A stretch of 64,000 bases of DNA from a virus. Under the pieces are notes generated by a model. That model was not told the DNA's origin. It saw nothing but the letters and a program-made list of their open reading frames with translations, and made no database searches. Below are positions 56,714-64,000 of this stretch, in pieces. The stretch covers positions 32,001 through 96,000 of IMG/VR virus record IMGVR_UViG_3300045988_161114, one strand, 5' to 3'. A program made the translations under genes and the position numbers. Numbering within the stretch: position 1 is the stretch's first letter; the number at the start of each line of letters is the position of its first letter.

Positions 56714-57244
56714 TTACACCGGAGGAACATTATTCTGTGGTTCTTCTATATTTATTTCTTTTATATGCTCTGGATATGTTGCATGACATATAGCATATAA
56801 TTCAAATAATTTATTTACTGGAAGTTCTACAACTTCTAAGTATGGAGTGTGCATATATCTAGAAACTATTGCAGCCATTTGGTCTAGTAGAGTTACCGAC
56901 TCCCTGTCTCTTTCAAATGCCTTTTGTGGATCTTGTGCATATTCTAATGACTTAGATAATATTACACTAGATACAGTTGTTATGAATCCTGCAGGTGCCT
57001 CATCGAAGTTTACATCTCCTACTATTCCTGGAATGGAGATATAGCATTCTCTGAATATATCTTCGTATAGCTCTTCTCTTACATAGCCTTTTTCTAGATC
57101 CATTCTCAGTATTCTCTGTATCTCTACAGAATTAAGTAGTCTAGCTATTACTATAAGATTTCTATAAATATATCCGCCCAATTCTATATCAGTATCATTA
57201 AATGGAATTATTATACTTCCAGATTTGACACCTATTGCATTCAT
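56714..57244 (-). CDS. Tail assembly chaperone-like protein (176 aa)
   Basis: Position between the tube paralogues and the giant ORFs. Assignment is by position only. Confidence 0.35.
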   Translation of the reverse strand: MNAIGVKSGSIIIPFNDTDIELGGYIYRNLIVIARLLNSVEIQRILRMDLEKGYVREELYEDIFRECYISIPGIVGDVNFDEAPAGFITTVSSVILSKSLEYAQDPQKAFERDRESVTLLDQMAAIVSRYMHTPYLEVVELPVNKLFELYAICHATYPEHIKEINIEEPQNNVPPV

Positions 57245-57245
57245 A

Positions 57246-57740
57246 TTAAATTACCTTTATTTGACTTAAAGCTAATGATTCAGGTACAAATGAAGATTTG
57301 TACATTATCTGCTCTTTTAATGATGATACAACACCAGCACTTGATGTTGCCATAAATTTTTCATCTGGCTTAGGGTACAACAGACATTTCTTAACTATTG
57401 CCTCTTCGCCACGAAGTGCTTCGTTTAAGAATCCGCTTTTCATAAGCTGTTTATATTCTTGTCGTCTTAATGTACGCCATAAATATAAATCTGATTCATT
57501 TAGAATAGTTGATATATGAATTACGCCATATTGTGCTTTCCAGTTTTCGATATCTGCTTCTGTTGGAGCATTTTCAAGATTAGCTAATGTCTTAACTATT
57601 AAAGACATTTCCGACTCTTCTTGTACCTCTTTGTCTTTTTCTTCTTCTAGACGTTGAGATATTTCTATTGCCTCTTCAACAGTAAGGTCATCTTCTGGTA
57701 GCGTGCTTAATCCTTTTACTTCTTCTACTGTTAATGCCAT
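57246..57740 (-). CDS. Acidic tail assembly chaperone-like protein (164 aa)
   Basis: Highly acidic N-terminal half (EEAIEISQRLEEEKDKEVQEESE). Position upstream of the candidate tape measure. Confidence 0.4.
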   Translation of the reverse strand: MALTVEEVKGLSTLPEDDLTVEEAIEISQRLEEEKDKEVQEESEMSLIVKTLANLENAPTEADIENWKAQYGVIHISTILNESDLYLWRTLRRQEYKQLMKSGFLNEALRGEEAIVKKCLLYPKPDEKFMATSSAGVVSSLKEQIMYKSSFVPESLALSQIKVI

Positions 57741-57741
57741 T

Positions 57742-58566
57742 TTATCCTCTTACTTCTTTTGCTATGAATCTGTAGCCATCAACTAATTGACCATCGCTAC
57801 CTATATCGACACTGGTTTCAAACCCTATTATTCTTATTTCTTGTATATCAACATATTGTCTTACGCCAGACATAGTTGGGTCACCATTATTATAAGAAAT
57901 TGTGATATTAAAAGTGTCAAGGTCGGCCCAGTCTAATACCGACTTATTGGAAACTTTACCAATTTCCATTGCCGTCTCTTTCTCTTTGTATACTCTTAAT
58001 TCTTCTGATGTAAGCTGCATTTGTTCATATGGTGTAAGTCTTCTGAACTCAGAGGTTTTATTTATATTGTCTAATACTCTTGGCAAATAGTCTTTATTGC
58101 ACTTGTTTATTGATATAAAACCAGTTACCATATTGTTTCCTCTTGATAGGAAACTATATCTAGAATTACCTATAGTATATATTGGTACACTAGATAGTGA
58201 CTCATTTATGCCTATGCCGGAAACCTTATCAAGCCATATATCTTCTATGTATATCATACAATCGCTTGACGAGTAATATTTATTATATAGTCCATTTACA
58301 AATCCATGTCCCTGCAAAGGCCTTTTGCCTTTTACATTAACTTCTTTTAATTGAACATAGTCTATAGGATTTGCTCTTGAACCTTTGTTTGCATTATTAG
58401 ACGCATTTACGGCTCTTGCTGTAGCCTTTGGACTGGCTCCACTACTTGTTTCACCAGTCCCTGAATTTACGGTAGTTAATGATACACTTCCATCTCTATT
58501 TTCAGACGCATAAACTGTATCTACAGTTCCATCATCTCTGTCTACGACTGCTGTTATTGTACTCAT
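57742..58566 (-). CDS. Tail-tube-fold paralogue (tube initiator- or terminator-like), 274 aa
   Basis: Shares tube-family strings with ORF 59995-60669: VPIYTIGNSRYSFLSRGNNMVTGFISI vs APVFTMGSPDAKAIARGKRYVSGACIF, and C-terminal DGYRFIAKEV vs KQMSFIAKRV. Confidence 0.55.
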   Translation of the reverse strand: MSTITAVVDRDDGTVDTVYASENRDGSVSLTTVNSGTGETSSGASPKATARAVNASNNANKGSRANPIDYVQLKEVNVKGKRPLQGHGFVNGLYNKYYSSSDCMIYIEDIWLDKVSGIGINESLSSVPIYTIGNSRYSFLSRGNNMVTGFISINKCNKDYLPRVLDNINKTSEFRRLTPYEQMQLTSEELRVYKEKETAMEIGKVSNKSVLDWADLDTFNITISYNNGDPTMSGVRQYVDIQEIRIIGFETSVDIGSDGQLVDGYRFIAKEVRG

Positions 58567-58569
58567 TTA

Positions 58570-59967
58570 CTATCCTGATTTCTTATTTGTCTTACGCCAT
58601 ACAGAAGGCATAACAACTGTATTGCCAGTTCCCCATAGCCCTCTTTTTTCTCTTTTTGCGGCTAATGCAGCTTCATTAAGCTTGGCTCTTTTATCTTCTG
58701 ATTCGCCAATCTGTTTAACACCAGCATCCATATAATGCGCTGTTCCAGCTGATACTGCTGCTAATACATAATTATAATTATACACTAGAGTACGGCCATA
58801 AACATCTGTGCCTGCAATTTTTACTACGCCATCTTTTACATCTTGATCCCATTTGCCAGACTTAACATACTCCTTCATAAAGTCTGAAGCCTTATACCCA
58901 TACTCTTGTGGCTTAAGATCTCTATGCTCAGTCTCTGGTGTATCTATACCTAAAAGACGTATAGTGAATTTACCTTTATAATCGCTTCCTGTTGATGTTT
59001 TTACGCCACCATTCCATACTAAGGTGTCGCCGTCGTCTACTTCAAACTTATCGCCTTTATCTAGTGCAGTAAGTGATGACGAGTCTATATCCTGTGATTT
59101 TGGATATACATATTTTTTAGTGCCACCATTTGTATATGGATCGCTTTTATATATTCTATACTCGTAAGGAAGGGATTCCAAATTGTAATTAGGATCCTCT
59201 CCTAATCCTGCTAATTGAGATAATGTTGATATAACCTTTTGCTCATCTGGTGTAATTTGTCCATCAAGATTAGCCTGGTTTTTATATTTTTCAAGTGCGT
59301 TTTTAAACCACTCTTGATCTGGATTTGTATTAGATTTATCTGATTTATATTTTGTATTAGATTTGTCTGATAGCTCAGATGCTTTCTTTCCTGTGCTACC
59401 AGTAGTTATATTGTACTTTGTAGAATTCAAACTTTCAAGAGTCTGTCTAGCATCGCGTGCTACAAATGATATTGTATTTTCAACAATAAGGTCTTGTATA
59501 GAATGTACTTGACCGGAATTAATTAGTGTCGCGCCATATATTATTTCAGATACGGAGAAGTTGCCGTATTCAGAACTTAATACTATTATTATATCGAATG
59601 GCAATATATCATCCATCATAAGATGGTGATATGTTTTAGAGTTTTCATATTTTAATGCGTATATAGAATCTATATCTTTATTCAATCCTATATCTTTTGA
59701 TACTTCATTTAAGAATGCCCTTAAATCATCATTTAGGAACATTGCTTTTATAATAGAGCCCGCTACATATCTTTTGCCAATAGCAAACCCGTCGATATTG
59801 GTGTTCCCTAAATTATAGACAGGTACTTTATCCCTGTATGTCTGATATGAGAGAGATATCAAACTTCCCATATATAGTGCGCCGTATCCAGGGAAGTTAA
59901 AAATAATGTGGGTGGCATCGCCACCCACTGAATGATACTCTCCCTTTCGTATATTGTCATATGACAT
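58570..59967 (-). CDS. Tail-tube paralogue fused to a C-terminal staphylococcal nuclease (SNase/thermonuclease) domain
   Basis: N-terminus: GEYHSVGG, KVPVYNLG, AIGKRYVAGSII, LPFDIIIVLSSEYG and ISFVARDA all parallel the tube ORF. C-terminus: DDGDTLVW, FTIRLLGIDTPETEHR and DVYGRTLVYNY match S. aureus nuclease IDGDTVKL, FRLLLVDTPETKHP and DKYGRGLAYIY. Confidence 0.8.
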   Translation of the reverse strand: MSYDNIRKGEYHSVGGDATHIIFNFPGYGALYMGSLISLSYQTYRDKVPVYNLGNTNIDGFAIGKRYVAGSIIKAMFLNDDLRAFLNEVSKDIGLNKDIDSIYALKYENSKTYHHLMMDDILPFDIIIVLSSEYGNFSVSEIIYGATLINSGQVHSIQDLIVENTISFVARDARQTLESLNSTKYNITTGSTGKKASELSDKSNTKYKSDKSNTNPDQEWFKNALEKYKNQANLDGQITPDEQKVISTLSQLAGLGEDPNYNLESLPYEYRIYKSDPYTNGGTKKYVYPKSQDIDSSSLTALDKGDKFEVDDGDTLVWNGGVKTSTGSDYKGKFTIRLLGIDTPETEHRDLKPQEYGYKASDFMKEYVKSGKWDQDVKDGVVKIAGTDVYGRTLVYNYNYVLAAVSAGTAHYMDAGVKQIGESEDKRAKLNEAALAAKREKRGLWGTGNTVVMPSVWRKTNKKSG

Positions 59968-59994
59968 ATGTGGCTCCGAAAGGATTAGTAGTTA

Positions 59995-60669
59995 TTATTT
60001 GCTATTGTAGCTGTCAATTGCCATCCAGTTAGAAACACGTTTAGCAATGAATGACATTTGTTTTTCTAGAACAAGGTCATCAACAGACACACCACCAGCT
60101 TCACTCATAAGCTCTACACCGTAGATAACCATCTTAGATGTATGACCGTATTCATTTGTAGCAACAAGGCTGATATCAAATGCCAATACTTGGTCAGCAA
60201 GGTTAGCTTTTGTTTTTGTACGCAATGCGTTATTGATGCTTGTATTAGAAGTGAGATTATTTGCAGTGAAGTTGTAGTCAGCAGCAACTGTACCGCCTGA
60301 TCTAGTTGCAGCAGAAGCAGCAGTAGATGCATAACCATCTTGATATTTACCGCCATTGATTTGGCTATAAATACCGCCACGTTGATAGTTAGCAGACTCG
60401 TGTTTGCTCAGATAAACAGTTGTATTATCTTGTTCATCCATAGCTTCAAGCAGAGAGTCACGGTCGAATACAGTGAAGATACAAGCTCCAGAAACATAAC
60501 GTTTACCACGTGCAATTGCTTTGGCGTCAGGAGAGCCCATTGTAAATACAGGAGCCTTTTCTCTGTCTACACGGTAAGAAACCATTGACATTTCGCCGAA
60601 TACTTTGCTACCGAATACAGGTGTGATATCTACACCACCAAAGCTGTGGTATTCCTTAAATTCTGACAT
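59995..60669 (-). CDS. Tail tube protein
   Basis: 224 aa, immediately downstream of the sheath gene. Founder of the three-member paralogue set. The sheath-tube order is conserved in contractile tails. Confidence 0.7.
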   Translation of the reverse strand: MSEFKEYHSFGGVDITPVFGSKVFGEMSMVSYRVDREKAPVFTMGSPDAKAIARGKRYVSGACIFTVFDRDSLLEAMDEQDNTTVYLSKHESANYQRGGIYSQINGGKYQDGYASTAASAATRSGGTVAADYNFTANNLTSNTSINNALRTKTKANLADQVLAFDISLVATNEYGHTSKMVIYGVELMSEAGGVSVDDLVLEKQMSFIAKRVSNWMAIDSYNSK

Positions 60670-60688
60670 AATTTTATCCTGATTGTTA

Positions 60689-60710
60689 AGGAGAGGTGTT
60701 ACCCTCTCCT
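60689..60710 (-). terminator. Stem-loop between sheath and tube genes (attenuator or RNA-stability hairpin)
   Basis: AGGAGAGG (60689-60696) / CCTCTCCT (60703-60710), perfect 8-bp stem with a 6-nt loop, in the 49-bp sheath-tube gap. Weak U-tract. Confidence 0.4.
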
Positions 60711-60718
60711 ATTCTTTA

Positions 60719-62965
60719 TTAAAGATCTAAAGCTAATTTAACTGCTACGTTAACTTCACGAAGCTCAAAGGCTGGAACGATTGTTAACGCTACGTTTAAA
60801 GTACCTTTTCCGTTGATAACAGTAGGCTGGTTAACAACGTGAGAATATTTAACTACTGCATCAGCAGCAACTGCTTGGTCAAGTACAGACTCAATAGCTG
60901 TATCCAGAGCAACTTTAGTTGCTTCTGTTAGACCTTTACCAATGTAAGGAATACATACGTTACGGATACCAGTAATAACAGAGTTAATGATGATCGATGT
61001 AGAAACGTAATCATAGTCAGAGTTGATGTTGGTAGCCAATTCACCAGACACTACACGAACTACGTTATTTTTGGTTTGGAATGTAACATATCCGGCGCCA
61101 GACAGTTGGTTTAGCTTGGTTTTCTTCATTTCAAATGGCAAGCTTAGTCTTGGCAGAGGAGCATTGGTAGTAGAGTTACCAGCGTTAATTGTGGTCAGAA
61201 GACCAGCATAGATTGCAGCAGCATTTGTGATTCTTGTAGAAGTACCAGTAGATGAGCTAGCTGGAGTGATTACAAGTTGTGGAACAACAGACAGGTATTT
61301 ACCAATATCAATGTTTGCACCATTGCTGTCTACTTGAACAACACCATCTACGAAACCAGAAGAGGTTTTGTAATAACCTTGTGCCTGGTCAGCACGTTCA
61401 ACCATATGGCGAACACCTAACAGACCAGTACCGTTAGTGATAATGTTACCAGCAGCATCATAGGTAGGAGCAGAACCAACCCATTTGTTTACTGCGAATG
61501 TAGAGGTTGTTTGAGGAACAGATGTGCCGATTGTTACAAGGGTAAATTGTTCGTTTTCAGAGATGTTGTATGCAAATTCTGCAAGCAGGTGTGCAAAGTC
61601 AGCTTCATGATAACGTCTGTAAACGATAGGTTGTCCGTTACCGTTTATGTCAGCTTCTGTAGAGTTCAGAGTAGTGCCGCTACCTTTACGATATACAACT
61701 TTAGATGTAGACCATTCAAATTTGTACTCACCATCTTCTTCTGATACATATACATATTCCAGTCTGTCTTTAGCGGTAGAACCAGATGCAATGTTTGGAG
61801 CATCTACGATAGCGTAGTCTGTAACAACAGACATAGCATTTACTGTTTCAAGGTCTTTCAGACCAGCATATAGAATCTCGTAGTATTCTTTCCAAGTACA
61901 GTTCAGGCTGTCTTTACCTTCTTTAAATGTCCCAGGAACTGAAGAACCAGTTTTAGCAATGGTGTAATCAACAGCGATTGCTTCTTGATCGCCTGGGGCA
62001 GTTTGAAGTGTAAGAGCTTTGCTCAGGTTGTCATCGCTTGCTTCTACAGTAGCTTCTGATGTTTTATCTACACCGGCAACTACAACACGGTCGATTGTAA
62101 CTTGGCTGTTAGCATGAGTGCCAGCAAGAACAAATTTAGTTTTAGCGCCGTCGCCACTGAATACAGCTGCACCGGCCTCATTGCCAGTAGCAATGTAATC
62201 ATAAGTAATATTTACTTTGGCACGTGCATCTTGTGCAGAATTGAATTTAATTTTCCAGTAGTTATTCAGAGCGTCTTTGCTCAGGGTATAGTCAGAGCCA
62301 GATGCTTTTTCTGCGTCATTGACTTTAACAACTACGTTTGTAACGTTGTCAGTTTTTGTTGTACCAACAAGTCTAAATTCTGTATTAACACCGTTACTGA
62401 TGTGGTTTGATTCACCTTTTTTGGTTACAGGAATAATATTAGACATCAGGACTGGTTCTGTAGGAGTACCGATTACAACACCAGTAGTTTCATCAAAACC
62501 AGTAACTGTTACTTGGTTAAGGTCAACCTCAGAACCAGGAACGTTAGAGTAAACGATGTTTTTACCTTTAAATACGATTAGGCATGATTTACCGTCATTG
62601 CTAGGACGAGGACCGCAGTAGATACGGAAGCTATCACCAGCTGCAACAGATTCTTCAACTGTAGCAAGTTGTGAACCTTCACCCCAAAGTCCATTTAATG
62701 ATGCTGGAGATCCACCAATACGGTATAGTGATACTTCTGTTGCACCACCTAGACGAGCTTCAGACATCTTTCTGATCAGAGGAGATTCTGGGCCAAATGT
62801 ATTAGCAGCTTTGTTGGTATCACCAACATTATATATTCTTCCAGAGGTACCCATTTCAGCACGACCGATAATTAAGACGCGGTTAGCATCAGATGTAGAG
62901 TCTACTCTTAAATTACCGTCTAAAAGCTCCAGATTTACGCCTGGCAGATTTTCATATGTAGCCAT
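60719..62965 (-). CDS. Contractile tail sheath protein
   Basis: 748 aa. The N-terminal ATYENLPGVNLELLDG resembles the sheath N-terminal P-G-V motif. Followed by the tube gene. Higher GC and biased codon use suggest high expression. Confidence 0.8.
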   Translation of the reverse strand: MATYENLPGVNLELLDGNLRVDSTSDANRVLIIGRAEMGTSGRIYNVGDTNKAANTFGPESPLIRKMSEARLGGATEVSLYRIGGSPASLNGLWGEGSQLATVEESVAAGDSFRIYCGPRPSNDGKSCLIVFKGKNIVYSNVPGSEVDLNQVTVTGFDETTGVVIGTPTEPVLMSNIIPVTKKGESNHISNGVNTEFRLVGTTKTDNVTNVVVKVNDAEKASGSDYTLSKDALNNYWKIKFNSAQDARAKVNITYDYIATGNEAGAAVFSGDGAKTKFVLAGTHANSQVTIDRVVVAGVDKTSEATVEASDDNLSKALTLQTAPGDQEAIAVDYTIAKTGSSVPGTFKEGKDSLNCTWKEYYEILYAGLKDLETVNAMSVVTDYAIVDAPNIASGSTAKDRLEYVYVSEEDGEYKFEWSTSKVVYRKGSGTTLNSTEADINGNGQPIVYRRYHEADFAHLLAEFAYNISENEQFTLVTIGTSVPQTTSTFAVNKWVGSAPTYDAAGNIITNGTGLLGVRHMVERADQAQGYYKTSSGFVDGVVQVDSNGANIDIGKYLSVVPQLVITPASSSTGTSTRITNAAAIYAGLLTTINAGNSTTNAPLPRLSLPFEMKKTKLNQLSGAGYVTFQTKNNVVRVVSGELATNINSDYDYVSTSIIINSVITGIRNVCIPYIGKGLTEATKVALDTAIESVLDQAVAADAVVKYSHVVNQPTVINGKGTLNVALTIVPAFELREVNVAVKLALDL

Positions 62966-62980
62966 AAATATTATGCTCCA

Positions 62981-63739
62981 TTAATTTTTATTTATTCTTT
63001 GTTGTAGTTCTTCGAGCTCTTCGTTTAATAAAGAGTCAACTATTTGCAATGAAGTATCAATAGATACTATATTTCCACGTCGTTTATATCCAGGTTCCTC
63101 AGTTATTACTTTGTAAACCAAGGGTATTCCGAATAATCTTTTTGAACCAAAATCCGATGATAGTATTGTTTGACTTCTACCTTCATAATACAAGCCGCCA
63201 ACATGCATTCTTAACAAATGATAATTATCAACAAAAAAGTTTTCTAATGATGTTGCAAGTCTTCTTGCATCATCTGCTTTTTCTGACCATACTGTAAACT
63301 TTAATATATTTTCATATATAAATTCTTTAAACTCATATGTATCGCCATCTGACATTTTCTTTTCAAATAATGTCCTTGCTTTATTCCATTTAGTGGAGTT
63401 TGTTGATACAGCAGTTGCTTTTAATGTAGCTGGAGCGCGTCCCCATATTTCAAATGTTACATTATTATGAGTATTTGTTACATCACCGTAATCTGGATAA
63501 ATTTCTGTAAATGAAAATTTATTCCTATCTTTTGGACCAATCCCCTTTTGGGGATCTTCTAAAATCATCTCATTATTTCTTAGTAAAGAATACAGGAATA
63601 CTATGAATTTGTCAATCGTCAATTTCCTATAATTCTTTAAAACTTCGTCTGGGCTAGTAACAACAAAACTGTTATCAACAGACATTTTATGAAGACGATC
63701 TAGTGCGTAATCGTTATCGTTATTTATTCGCATTGTCAT
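62981..63739 (-). CDS. Virion protein upstream of the sheath gene (tail completion/terminator-position), 252 aa
   Basis: Assignment by position only. No motif recognised. Confidence 0.35.
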   Translation of the reverse strand: MTMRINNDNDYALDRLHKMSVDNSFVVTSPDEVLKNYRKLTIDKFIVFLYSLLRNNEMILEDPQKGIGPKDRNKFSFTEIYPDYGDVTNTHNNVTFEIWGRAPATLKATAVSTNSTKWNKARTLFEKKMSDGDTYEFKEFIYENILKFTVWSEKADDARRLATSLENFFVDNYHLLRMHVGGLYYEGRSQTILSSDFGSKRLFGIPLVYKVITEEPGYKRRGNIVSIDTSLQIVDSLLNEELEELQQRINKN

Positions 63740-63993
63740 ACTTCTGATAGCCCCAAAACTGTAAAATCTTCTCTATCAAAGTCGAAACCATATCTATATA
63801 CGGATGTTATATAATACACCTTTTTCGGCCTTATTGGAAGTATTACTTTTCCGCTGTCATCTACCTCTGGGCGATATATAATATCTCTATCAGAAAAGTC
63901 CAACGAGTATGATGTAGCCATTAACCATTCGGAGTTATTAAGCCTACCAGCTTTACCACCATAAGACTTGTATGAGTTTTCTCCTGGCATCAA
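63736..63993 (-). CDS. Small virion-module protein (85 aa)
   Basis: ORF with a 4-nt overlap to the downstream gene. Its start lies 7 nt from the window edge, so the true start could be outside the window. Confidence 0.35.
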   Translation of the reverse strand: MMPGENSYKSYGGKAGRLNNSEWLMATSYSLDFSDRDIIYRPEVDDSGKVILPIRPKKVYYITSVYRYGFDFDREDFTVLGLSEV

Positions 63994-64000
63994 TGTATTT

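Noticed and set aside
57244-57300. Possible G/GT-type programmed frameshift joining the 164-aa and 176-aa chaperone-like ORFs
   Set aside because: The two ORFs are separated by a stop plus 1 nt. I found no canonical XXXYYYZ slippery heptamer in the last ~45 nt of the upstream ORF (the closest, C-TTT-AAG, is not canonical). It cannot be excluded without a systematic scan.
60114-60380. 88-aa alternate-frame minus-strand ORF inside the tail tube gene
   Set aside because: It is fully nested in the tube CDS in a different frame, gives a Leu/Gln-rich low-complexity translation, and has no independent signals.

Overview
The window reads as a contiguous piece of an AT-rich, contractile-tailed dsDNA phage or prophage genome from a Gram-negative host; the host call rests on a lipobox o-spanin plus an i-spanin. 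There are two convergent modules. (1) Plus strand, 1-14564: tightly coupled early, replication and nucleotide-metabolism genes, many joined by ATGA or TAATG overlaps. They include a Cas4/RecB-like Fe-S nuclease, a DnaG-type primase fused to a DnaB/gp4-like helicase, a DUF559-type endonuclease, class I ribonucleotide reductase (nrdB, a glutaredoxin-like gene, nrdA), a dNMP kinase, a sigma-70 region-2-like protein, a YqeY/GatB-like protein and an ATP-dependent DNA ligase. (2) Minus strand, 14607-64000: a lysis cassette (GH19-type endolysin, o-spanin, i-spanin) followed by a very large tail, baseplate and fibre module. Read in the direction of transcription this runs: sheath, tube, two further tube paralogues (one fused to an SNase nuclease domain), two acidic chaperone-like genes, three giant ORFs (1273, 1664 and 2013 aa), spike-, gp25- and J-like baseplate genes, then a long series of fibre and receptor-binding-like genes. 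A bidirectional terminator at 14573-14613 marks the junction. I recognised no rRNA, tRNA, CRISPR array, integrase or transposase; every intergenic gap is under about 210 bp. All functional calls come from motif recognition by eye on the supplied translations. No database search was run, and many structural ORFs can only be called virion-module proteins of unknown function. The most unusual items are: the tube-SNase fusion; the roughly 15 kb block of three giant tail-internal ORFs, including a dual-lysin hub protein with a C-terminal TM cluster; a region-2-only sigma-like gene; a GC-rich palindrome island between a nuclease gene and nrdB; and a jelly-roll module repeated across three adjacent fibre-region genes.
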